From a candidate division WOR-3 bacterium (GTDB lineage Bacteria > Hydrothermota > Tepidihabitantia > SM23-42): a DNA stretch of 64,000 bases. Shown one piece after another: positions 38,555-47,103 of the stretch. A program made the translations under genes and the position numbers. How positions within the stretch are numbered: position 1 is the stretch's first letter; the number at the start of each line of letters is the position of its first letter. Below the pieces are notes generated by a model that was given only the letters and a program-made list of their open reading frames with translations, was not told the origin of the DNA and searched no databases. The stretch is taken from the NCBI GenBank assembly GCA_020353055.1, contig CP070686.1:1323160-1387159 (forward strand). Reading direction: 5' to 3'.

Positions 38555-39829
38555 TTATCTCTTTTTTTTCTTTGAACTCTTGAATCTGCGGTACAGGGTA
38601 GCTCGAGATACACCTAGGATCTTTGCAGCCTTGCTCATATTACCTTCACATTCTTCCACAACCCGGGAGATTTCCTCCGCCTGAAGCTGATTCAGACTTC
38701 TCCCCTTTGGCTGTGGCAAACCAAGATGATGTGGTTCAATATAGTGCGAATCCGTCAGGATCGCGGCCCTTTCAATGACATGCTTCAATTCTCTCACATT
38801 ACCTGGCCAGTCGTATTGGTTCAGCGTTTTCATCGAGTTTGGGCGTATCGTCCGCTCCCCTATGTTCTCCCTGATACAGATCTCCTCCAGAAAGTACTGG
38901 GCAAGCATTGGTATGTCATCACGTCGCTTCCTCAGAGGCGGTAGTTGAAGCGGAATTACGTTCAAACGGTAATACAGGTCTTCCCTGAAGCTGCCCCTCT
39001 TCAATTCTTCATCCAGGTTCTTGTTGGTGGCGGCGATGAGGCGCACGTCGACGCTTATCGGCTTTATCGAACCCAGTGGAACGATCTCCCGTTCCTCGAG
39101 TAATCTCAATATCTTCACTTGAATCGTCGCAGGGGCATCACCGATCTCATCGAGGAAGAAAGTTCCTTTGTCAGCGGCCTTGAACAAACCCTCTTTGTCT
39201 GTTGAAGCACCGGTGAACGCACCGCGTTTATAACCGAAAAGCTCACTCTCGAGCAATGTCTCCGGCATCGCGGCGCAGGAAACAGTCACGAAATTGAACT
39301 TCGCACGTTTCGAACGGTTGTGTATTTCACGAGCGAACAATTCTTTGCCCGTGCCCGATTCTCCAAGTAGCAAAACCGTAGTATCAGTTGCCGCGATCTT
39401 ATCAAGCATGACCATGGTACTTCGCATCTGTTTACTCGTACCGACGATCTTCGTCGGTCCTTTTGTGGTTCCGCTCAGATTTGCCTTGATCCGAACCGTC
39501 AGTTCATCAATAGAAAAAGGTTTCAATATGTAATCACTCGCCCGGTCACGCAAAGCATTGATCGCCGAATCCATTGAACCGTAAGCGGTAATGAATATGA
39601 AAGGAACCTCAGGATGTATACCGCGGATCTTTTTCAGAAATTCAAATCCGCCAATTTCCGGCATCTTTATATCACTGATGATCAGATCGTAACGCTGGTT
39701 TTTGATTTCGGCAAGGGCATCCCTGGAGTCAGTGGTTGCATACACATCATATCCTTTCTGCTCGAGGGCATATCTCAGCCATTTGATGAGACTCGCCTCA
39801 TCGTCGAGCAGCAATATTTTTTTCTTCAT
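38555..39829 (-). CDS. sigma54-dependent response regulator (NtrC/PilR-like: REC + AAA+ + Fis-type HTH)
   Basis: REC domain (LISDIKMPEIGG), Walker A GESGTGKE, the GAFTGA loop, and C-terminal HTH AAKILGVSRATLYRRF. Confidence 0.9.
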   Translation of the reverse strand: MKKKILLLDDEASLIKWLRYALEQKGYDVYATTDSRDALAEIKNQRYDLIISDIKMPEIGGFEFLKKIRGIHPEVPFIFITAYGSMDSAINALRDRASDYILKPFSIDELTVRIKANLSGTTKGPTKIVGTSKQMRSTMVMLDKIAATDTTVLLLGESGTGKELFAREIHNRSKRAKFNFVTVSCAAMPETLLESELFGYKRGAFTGASTDKEGLFKAADKGTFFLDEIGDAPATIQVKILRLLEEREIVPLGSIKPISVDVRLIAATNKNLDEELKRGSFREDLYYRLNVIPLQLPPLRKRRDDIPMLAQYFLEEICIRENIGERTIRPNSMKTLNQYDWPGNVRELKHVIERAAILTDSHYIEPHHLGLPQPKGRSLNQLQAEEISRVVEECEGNMSKAAKILGVSRATLYRRFKSSKKKKR

Positions 39830-39881
39830 TGGTCAATATGGTAGGTATTGTACAACTTGTGTTGAATGAACAGAACCGTAT

Positions 39882-40817
39882 CTATTTTCTTCTGAGGGCG
39901 AACAACTCATTGAGTACAAAGGTTATGTTTGGTTTTATAGAGAATTCCCTGAAACCGTCTCTGCTTCTCATGGCGATTTCCATCATCAGGCTCACGCTAC
40001 CGACCCGTCGCAGTGGCATACCGATCTGGACGGCAAATCCATGTTCGGTGACGTCGTTGAAATACCAGGGGTTGAAGTAATAGGTAAAACCCAGATTACG
40101 ACGATCCAGAGAGATCTTGAAACGGTGAGGCGAATCAAAAGCATCGTCATTCCAAAAAGAATGCTCGTACACGATACTGAACGGCCATCCAGCGATCCTG
40201 GGATAAACGCCTACCGAGAGTCGTTCGGGAAGATCGATCATCGTCGTATCTTCAGGCAGATATATCATACGTACTTGCCCAAAAGCCTCACCTGCGATCG
40301 AAAACAGGTCGTGTCTTAATCCGAAAGAGAATATCCGCCCCCGGTAGCGATAAGAAAATGTATCAACCAGGCTGTAGGCACCGATACTGTGAGTCCATAT
40401 TTCCCATGAGTTGCCAAAGAGAAATGAACCGGTCGTCGCAAGGTCAAAAGGCCCCAATCGTTTGCTCAAACCAGCGTATATCTCCTCAATTCCACCCTCA
40501 CCAACTGCGTGGATCTGCAGTGAACTGTCTTCCAAATAGACATCGAAGCACTGATTGAAGCGTTCGAGATTACCGATCATAATGCCGAAGCCATGAACCA
40601 AGGGCACAGCAAGCGACATATTGATCGGGTTGGTCCAAAAGACGCCGCGAAACTCACCGGAATCATTCAAGAGCATGTAATCCGGATTAATTGAAAAACC
40701 AAGGCGGGCAAGACTACTTCGCTGGACAAACGGATTGCGGAACACGCTGAGGTCCTCTCCAACACCGCCTACAGAGAAAATCGAGGCGTTGATCAGAAAT
40801 GCAAGTAAGATGACCAT
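39882..40817 (-). CDS. hypothetical protein, outer-membrane barrel-like
   Basis: 311 aa with a hydrophobic N-terminus and beta-rich sequence. VFRNPFVQRSSLA resembles the NPA motif of the other barrels in this window. Confidence 0.4.
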   Translation of the reverse strand: MVILLAFLINASIFSVGGVGEDLSVFRNPFVQRSSLARLGFSINPDYMLLNDSGEFRGVFWTNPINMSLAVPLVHGFGIMIGNLERFNQCFDVYLEDSSLQIHAVGEGGIEEIYAGLSKRLGPFDLATTGSFLFGNSWEIWTHSIGAYSLVDTFSYRYRGRIFSFGLRHDLFSIAGEAFGQVRMIYLPEDTTMIDLPERLSVGVYPRIAGWPFSIVYEHSFWNDDAFDSPHRFKISLDRRNLGFTYYFNPWYFNDVTEHGFAVQIGMPLRRVGSVSLMMEIAMRSRDGFREFSIKPNITFVLNELFALRRK

Positions 40818-40830
40818 TATACCTGTTGAG

Positions 40831-41901
40831 CTAAAAGCGGGGTTCGGGTGGCTCGATATACCCTATATTCAAACGATGCGAGCCACGTACTATCTTAATC
40901 CGCGAAATATCGTAGTTCTCGGGTGTGATGCCGATGTAGAAACCATAATTTGAATCAGGATGTTCGATCATGTGTTCCGCATGTTTCACGATGTCTATCG
41001 TTACCAATGTGTCACCAACGGCAATTCGCTGCAACGCAATAAGCGGCCCGGTCGGTGTATCGAAAGTCGAAAAAGGTTCGATTAACTCGCGCACTCCGAT
41101 CTCGATAGAATCGCGGTGACTGAAGTATTCGGAACACTCAAAAGACAATTCAGCATAGACGGCCATGGTACTATCGAGCAGAGTATCATAATTGAACCTC
41201 ACGAAATCACGATATACCCACCCCGAACCGACCCAGTCGTCAAATAGCGATGGCTCAGCGCCGTTTATGATATGACAGTCGGCTTCGACAAATGCCGGGA
41301 TCGTGACATCATTCTTTTCGAGTATGATCCTGGCCGGCCTCCCCCCTTCACGCGAATAGATATAGCAAAATCCAGTATCGCGAGGGATGATCATGATTCC
41401 ACTTGCGGCCTGTATCTCCTCTAGCTCAAGATAGTTGAAATACAGAATGACTGAATCACCCTGCGCTATCCCATATCGGACAGAGTCGCCGTTGAAATCA
41501 CCCCCAGGTGTAGCCCAGTTTTCATCCAGATTCCTGTGTGTCCAGTCAGATTCATATTCGCTGAAGTCCTCATCCATCAAGTGAAGGCTGAAAGGAACTG
41601 TATCGTTGTTAAACTCACCGTTGATGTTCATGATCAACCTGATCTCATCGAGTCCCTGATACGAAGAATCCGGAAAATCAAAAAGTAACATGGTGCGGGA
41701 TTCGTATTCAGCATTCTTACCAAAGACGAGATTCAAAGCACTGCCGGTATTCAAATTCTTATATTCGGTGAACGTCGAGAATAAGGTAAGTTCAAGAAAT
41801 TGCGGGACGAAATCGCCACGTTGGCGTAGTTCATCATCGCCGATTGGCAATTCATTGCACGATAGCATAACAATGCATGCGATAAATAAGGCGTACTTCA
41901 T
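40831..41901 (-). CDS. hypothetical lipoprotein
   Basis: MKYALFIACIVMLSCNE lipobox. The start at 41901 fits a leaderless arrangement; the track start is 41919. Confidence 0.5.
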   Translation of the reverse strand: MKYALFIACIVMLSCNELPIGDDELRQRGDFVPQFLELTLFSTFTEYKNLNTGSALNLVFGKNAEYESRTMLLFDFPDSSYQGLDEIRLIMNINGEFNNDTVPFSLHLMDEDFSEYESDWTHRNLDENWATPGGDFNGDSVRYGIAQGDSVILYFNYLELEEIQAASGIMIIPRDTGFCYIYSREGGRPARIILEKNDVTIPAFVEADCHIINGAEPSLFDDWVGSGWVYRDFVRFNYDTLLDSTMAVYAELSFECSEYFSHRDSIEIGVRELIEPFSTFDTPTGPLIALQRIAVGDTLVTIDIVKHAEHMIEHPDSNYGFYIGITPENYDISRIKIVRGSHRLNIGYIEPPEPRF

Positions 41902-41908
41902 TACGCTA

Positions 41909-41936
41909 ATCATAATCATATTTATGAGGAAGTCAA
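41909..41936 (-). promoter_or_regulatory. sigma70-type promoter (TTGACT-N16-TATGAT) placed 7 nt before ATG 41901
   Basis: Minus strand reads TTGACT tcctcataaatatgat TATGAT tagcgta ATG. Confidence 0.45.
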
Positions 41937-42132
41937 GTTAATAATCCATTCTCCCCGCTTAAAGCTATTTGTCAAGGGGGGCTAATGAGATTCTTGATGA
42001 AAGAAATCAAAAGCACTAAATGAATATCGGCTGAGTTAGGAACTAATCGATGGAAACAGCACCAAAGAATCAGCATCTCGACGTCAGGTTACCCCGATAT
42101 CCGCGATCAATGCTCCACACTGAAGGTTACAC

Positions 42133-42160
42133 TTGACAGATTTCTTTATTTGATTATATT
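42133..42160 (+). promoter_or_regulatory. sigma70-type promoter (TTGACA-N16-TATATT) for glmU-like gene
   Basis: The -10 element ends 5 nt before GTG 42166, and the next in-frame ATG is 42181. Confidence 0.45.
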
Positions 42161-42165
42161 TAGAT

Positions 42166-43119
42166 GTGGCAACCTCAAAAATGCCCATATTACATGAGAA
42201 AATAAGCACAATCATTCTCGCCGCAGGTGTCGGCAAAAGAATGAAATCAAAAATCCCGAAAATACTCCACCGCATACTCGGCAGACGGATCATCTCATTC
42301 GTCATCGAACTCGCGCGCGAAATTGGGAGTGAACAGACGATCCTGGTTGTCAATGAGCGCTCAAATGACTTTGTCGAATCGCTCGACCAGAGTGTGTGCT
42401 ATGCCATCCAGGAAAAGCCACTCGGCACCGGCGATGCGGCAATGAAAGGACTAGAGAAGGTAACGCATGATAAGGTTCTGATCCTGTGTGGCGATGTACC
42501 CCTGCTCCGGACAGATACCATCCTCCAGTTAATCGAGTATCACGAACGTCAGAATGCGGATATGACGTTTCTCACGTGTCAGCTGAGCGATCCTTTTGGT
42601 TATGGTCGAGTCCTCCGTGATCAGAACGGTCGCGTCATGAAAATAGTTGAACAAACAGACGCCACCCCCGAACAACAAAAAATCAAGGAAATCAATGCCG
42701 GTGTATATTATGCAAATACGAAAATGATCTCGTCCGCACTCAGGAATGTGACTACTGACAACGAACAGGGAGAATATTATTTGACCGATGCAATTCACAA
42801 GATCGTTGACAGCGGGAAAACAGTATCCGGCTATATCATAAAAAACAAAGAAGAAATAACCGGAATCAATACGAAAGAACAACTTGCACAAGTGCGCGAA
42901 AGAGTAAAGAGTGAATGGTTCGGCCTTTTAATGAAACGCGGTGTATACATCGAGGATCCAGCCACAACAAATATCGACCTATCGGTGAAAATCGGCGACG
43001 GAGTGCATATAAGGCCATACAGTTTTATCGAAGGTAACACAACGATAGCTGACGGCGAAATAGTCGGACCTTTTGTCTGGATAAGGGACGGCAAGGTAAT
43101 CTACTCAACGGATGCATAG
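42166..43119 (+). CDS. GlmU-like UDP-N-acetylglucosamine pyrophosphorylase domain with truncated LbH region
   Basis: GlmU signatures LAAGVGKRMKSKIPKILH, LGTGDA, LILCGDVPLL and EYYLTD. Only ~60 aa of hexapeptide repeat come before the stop. The start is either 42166 (GTG) or 42181 (ATG). Confidence 0.75.
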   Translation: MATSKMPILHEKISTIILAAGVGKRMKSKIPKILHRILGRRIISFVIELAREIGSEQTILVVNERSNDFVESLDQSVCYAIQEKPLGTGDAAMKGLEKVTHDKVLILCGDVPLLRTDTILQLIEYHERQNADMTFLTCQLSDPFGYGRVLRDQNGRVMKIVEQTDATPEQQKIKEINAGVYYANTKMISSALRNVTTDNEQGEYYLTDAIHKIVDSGKTVSGYIIKNKEEITGINTKEQLAQVRERVKSEWFGLLMKRGVYIEDPATTNIDLSVKIGDGVHIRPYSFIEGNTTIADGEIVGPFVWIRDGKVIYSTDA

Positions 43120-43134
43120 AGTAAATATAGGGAC

Positions 43135-43557
43135 ATGAACTCAGCTGGAAAAGTACTGCTCTATATACTATTATTCACACTCGCTGCTTTTCTAGTATCT
43201 ATAGTCTTCATGTATACCCGCGAAGATCCGGAGGCTGTACGCAAGAAAAACAGCAATATACGCGTCGAAGTTCTAAACGGTTGTGGGGAGAACCGACTGG
43301 CAATGAAGGTAGCCAATGTGCTACGAAAACAGGGCTTTAATGTCGTCAAGATCGGCAACGCTGGACAATCTGATTTTGAGAATACCGTAGTAATCGAACG
43401 CAGCACGGAGGATTACACTAATGCGAAATATTTCGCGAAGAGGATTGGATGTAAGTATATCGGCAGAGATATAGATCCTGCGCTGCACCTGGAAGTAACA
43501 CTGATTCTCGGGCGTGATTACCTGAAATATTTCGCTGATGTCGAGCAAGAATTCTAG
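43135..43557 (+). CDS. LytR_C (LytR/CpsA/Psr C-terminal) domain protein with N-terminal TM anchor
   Basis: RVEVLNGCGENRLAMKVANVLRKQGFNVVKIGNA pattern. Confidence 0.7.
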   Translation: MNSAGKVLLYILLFTLAAFLVSIVFMYTREDPEAVRKKNSNIRVEVLNGCGENRLAMKVANVLRKQGFNVVKIGNAGQSDFENTVVIERSTEDYTNAKYFAKRIGCKYIGRDIDPALHLEVTLILGRDYLKYFADVEQEF

Positions 43558-43585
43558 GAGAGATCACGTGGAGCAAGAAAGTACG

Positions 43586-43906
43586 ATGCTGGTAAAGAAA
43601 ATTGCCCGAATGATAGAGCAAAAAAAGGGCGAAGATATTGTAATATTCGATCTACGCGGACTCTCGCCGATCACGGATTACTTCATTATCTCCACTGGCC
43701 TCTCCGATGTACACATAAGAACCATTGCCGAGCATATCCTGAAATCAGAGTCAGCCCAGCATATCGAGGGCAGAGAAGCGGCGGCATGGGTTCTTCTGGA
43801 TTTCATCGATGTTATCGTGCATCTGTTCTCAAAGGATGCGCGTGACTTCTACGGACTGGAGCGGCTATGGGGCGATGCACCGACCGTGGAATACGGAAGT
43901 GATTAG
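43586..43906 (+). CDS. rsfS: ribosome silencing factor
   Basis: KKGEDIVIFDLRGLSPITDYFIISTG...DFIDVIVHLF...YGLERLW. The longer track start (43538) overlaps the previous gene. Confidence 0.8.
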   Translation: MLVKKIARMIEQKKGEDIVIFDLRGLSPITDYFIISTGLSDVHIRTIAEHILKSESAQHIEGREAAAWVLLDFIDVIVHLFSKDARDFYGLERLWGDAPTVEYGSD

Positions 43907-45470
43907 AGAAGACCTGCGAAGAATACTAAAGAAAGAATATCCAGAAGAGGATATTGTCATAGATTATGTTCCGAAAGAAAAAGAAGGCGACTATTACACC
44001 AACCTCGCTTTCAAGATAGCCTCGCGTGAAGGGGCGAAACCAGACGAGGTTGCCAACATGATCGCCAGACAAATCCAGGATCCGATCATAAAACGGATAA
44101 CCGTACATCCTCCTGCATTCATCAACTTCACCTTGAACGAGGAATATCTGTACGAACAAATGTCGAAAGACAGGATACTCGATATCGGTGAAGGCAAGAG
44201 AATTCTCGTTGAATTTGTGAGTGCCAATCCAACCGGGCCGATCAATATTGTGAGCGCGCGGGCTGCAGCGGTCGGCGATTCTCTGGTAAGAATGCTGAAA
44301 AAAGCGGGCTTCAATGCGTATGCAGAGTACTATGTTAACGATGCCGGGAAACAGGCAGCTCTGCTGGCCGAAAGCGTTCGGCAGCGTAAGATAGAAATAT
44401 CGGGCGGTGAGGCTCACATCCCCGAGAATGGCTATCACGGGGAATATGTTAAAGAAATAGCAGTTGAAGTCATTGCCCGCGGACTGGAGAATCAGGATGA
44501 CATTAAAAAGTACTCAATCGAGTATTTTATTAAGGATCACCAACGCGTAATGCGGAGATTTGGCGTTGAATTCGATGTATGGACCCTTGAGTCTGATTTA
44601 TATAGGCAGAAATACGTCGACAAGGCACTGGGGCTCCTCAAGGAGAAGAATCTTACCTACACCGAGGAAGGTGCTCTATTCTTCAGAACCACCACTTTTG
44701 GAGACGATAAGGACAGAGTAATCGTCACCTCTGATCAACGGAATACATACTTGCTCCCGGACATTGCGTATCATCTTAACAAGTTGGAACGCAATTACGA
44801 TCAACTCATCGATATCTGGGGTCCTGATCATCACGGACGGATAAAAGGAATACTGGGCGGTATACAAGCACTTGGATTTTCAGCCGATGTGCTGCGAATT
44901 ATGATCGTTCAGGAAGTAAAAATCAAGGAACACGGAAAATTGATGACGATGTCCAAGCGTGCTGGCACCTTCGCTTCGCTCAGCGACCTACTCGAAAAAA
45001 TACCAATAGATGTCGCGCGTTTTTTCTTCTTGATGAGATCGTCTTCACAGCATCTTGATTTCGACCTCGACCTAGCCCTGAAACAATCGGATGAAAATCC
45101 GGTCTACTACGTTCAATATGCTTATGCGAGGATAAAGAGCATTATCCGGTTTGCAGCGCAAAAGGGTATCGATCTGCCTGAGAAACCAAACGCATCCCTG
45201 CTCAAGCAAGAAGAAGAGTTTGATCTGATGAAGGATATATTGAAGTATACTGAGGTTCTCAGTGATGCGGTCCACAATCTGGAACCGTACATGATCACGT
45301 ACTACTTGATCGAACTAGCTCGCGATTTCCATTCATTCTATCAGAAACACCGTGTCGTGACCGATGATACACAACTTACTCAATCAAGGCTTTATCTGAT
45401 CAGTAGGACAGCACAGACAATAAAGGATGGACTTGAACTGCTAGGCGTATCATGTCCAGAAGAGATGTAA
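43899..45470 (+). CDS. argS: arginine--tRNA ligase (HIGH motif replaced by NIVS)
   Basis: Near-collinear with Bacillus-type ArgS as I recall it ([10 protein letters not shown]..., [49 protein letters not shown]). A GTG start at 43899 overlaps the rsfS stop; ATG 43875 is the alternative. Confidence 0.85.
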   Translation: [523 protein letters not shown]

Positions 45471-45486
45471 TCATGAAGGAGGTTTC

Positions 45487-45954
45487 ATGAATCTTGCAAG
45501 TCTGTTATCAAAGGATAGGGTTAACCTATCTCTCAAACCAGGAAAAAAAGATGATATCATAAAGGATCTTGTATATATAATCAAGAAAGGAAACGACGCC
45601 GAGCTTATCGTTTCCACGCTCTTGAAAAGAGAGGAGTTAGGCTCGACTGGCATTGGCAAAGGAATAGCGATACCTCATTGTCGGTCGCTTGCTGTAGAAA
45701 AACTCGAGATTGCCGTCGGTCGAACCGGCAAGCCGGTCAACTTTAATTCAATCGATAAAAAGCCAGTATCTCTGGTGTTCTTGATCATCGCTCCGCCACA
45801 AGACCCTGGTAATCAATACTTGATAACCCTGGGTAAGATCGTGCAGATCGCTAAAGAAATAACCAAAAAGAATCTAATTCAGAAGGCAGAAACACCTGAG
45901 GAATTCATAACCTTGATCAACGATATCGAGAAGAACCTTACAAAAAGGAAATAG
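45487..45954 (+). CDS. ptsN: PTS EIIA(Ntr)-type regulatory protein
   Basis: EIIA type-2 domain with the phosphorylatable His in GIGKGIAIPHCR. Confidence 0.8.
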   Translation: MNLASLLSKDRVNLSLKPGKKDDIIKDLVYIIKKGNDAELIVSTLLKREELGSTGIGKGIAIPHCRSLAVEKLEIAVGRTGKPVNFNSIDKKPVSLVFLIIAPPQDPGNQYLITLGKIVQIAKEITKKNLIQKAETPEEFITLINDIEKNLTKRK

Positions 45955-45956
45955 AT

Positions 45957-46301
45957 ATGCCCGACGTCATTGAGATGCATTTGAAGTTGCTGTTCGATTT
46001 GGACAATCTCATCTCTGATATGGAAGAACCATCCTACAAGAAAATAGGTTTTCAGATCGAAGAAGAAGCAAGTCTTGTGTTAATCCGAAAGAGAAACGAT
46101 CTGCTTAAGAAACTGCCCCAGGAAATAGCTCAAGCATATGAAATACTGAAGAAGCGTTATCGTCAGGCAATCGCGCCGGTTGATAGCGAATTCTGTCTCG
46201 GTTGCTTCCAGAAACTACCCACCCAGCTGTCGGCACGCAGTCAGGAGATAGTAACCTGCCCGAATTGCGGCAGAATATTATATTGGCGCAAGAAAGAGTA
46301 G
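45957..46301 (+). CDS. C4 zinc-ribbon protein (short COG1579-like)
   Basis: The C-terminus CLGCFQKLPTQ...VTCPNCGRILYW follows a coiled-coil-like N-terminus. Confidence 0.6.
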   Translation: MPDVIEMHLKLLFDLDNLISDMEEPSYKKIGFQIEEEASLVLIRKRNDLLKKLPQEIAQAYEILKKRYRQAIAPVDSEFCLGCFQKLPTQLSARSQEIVTCPNCGRILYWRKKE

Positions 46302-46422
46302 ACAAAGGCTTATTTGATCGTAGCAGTACCTCTGGCCGCACTTTGAGTGTATTATTCGTAGGTTACCCATAAATCGGCAGGGATATCGTTTCTCCTGCCA
46401 GATTACTGTCATACCCATCGCG

Positions 46423-47040
46423 TCAGTCATGTGATGATGCTTCATAGTATTTAAGCAAAATCGAATTCTCCCCAGAAGCATCTGAGTATTTAACGAAACG
46501 GTGAGGGTATTCCTTTTCAATGTAGAAAAAGAACTGCTTGTTAAAAAATAGTATCCGCGGTTTCATTCTCACTACCCAACAGTCGAAGATCCCAGCCGGT
46601 GTGTCAACGACTGTCTCACCTTGAACTTCCAAATCTGCATTGACGATCATGAATTCTGGTATGTGGAGCCGAAAACGACTCTTATACCCGAATTCATAGT
46701 CGAATCCGCGCAGGGCAAAATCCAAGGTGTGGCGGTCATAGACAACGCTCTTTTCACGATGCCGGCATTCGCGCCCCTTGAAGTACACATCGAAATCCTC
46801 ATTCCTCTCGACCAATAGTTCGGTTTCACCACCGACAACCTTCTTTACATATACCGTACCGAGATTCAAACTGTCTAAGCGGATTTCTATTATTCTATCT
46901 GACGTGTATACAACGTGGTAGCCAAGGCTATCGAGATTTGACACAACATCAATGGAACCGATCTTCCCTTTGTCATCGGTTGCATACACCATCAATTCAT
47001 GTTCTGGCAGGATTTGAAGAAACAAAATAAACACTATCAT
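46423..47040 (-). CDS. hypothetical secreted protein
   Basis: 205 aa with a hydrophobic N-terminus. I recognise no family. Confidence 0.4.
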   Translation of the reverse strand: MIVFILFLQILPEHELMVYATDDKGKIGSIDVVSNLDSLGYHVVYTSDRIIEIRLDSLNLGTVYVKKVVGGETELLVERNEDFDVYFKGRECRHREKSVVYDRHTLDFALRGFDYEFGYKSRFRLHIPEFMIVNADLEVQGETVVDTPAGIFDCWVVRMKPRILFFNKQFFFYIEKEYPHRFVKYSDASGENSILLKYYEASSHD

Positions 47041-47103
47041 TTACATTACACTCCAGTTAGCACCAAACCATCGCCTTAGCTCCAGCGTATGGTTTCTGTT
47101 GTT

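Noticed and set aside
43809-43898. N-terminal extension of argS in the track (MLSCICSQRMRV...)
   Set aside because: It overlaps almost all of the rsfS 3' half in another frame. ArgS homology starts near IREDLRRIL.
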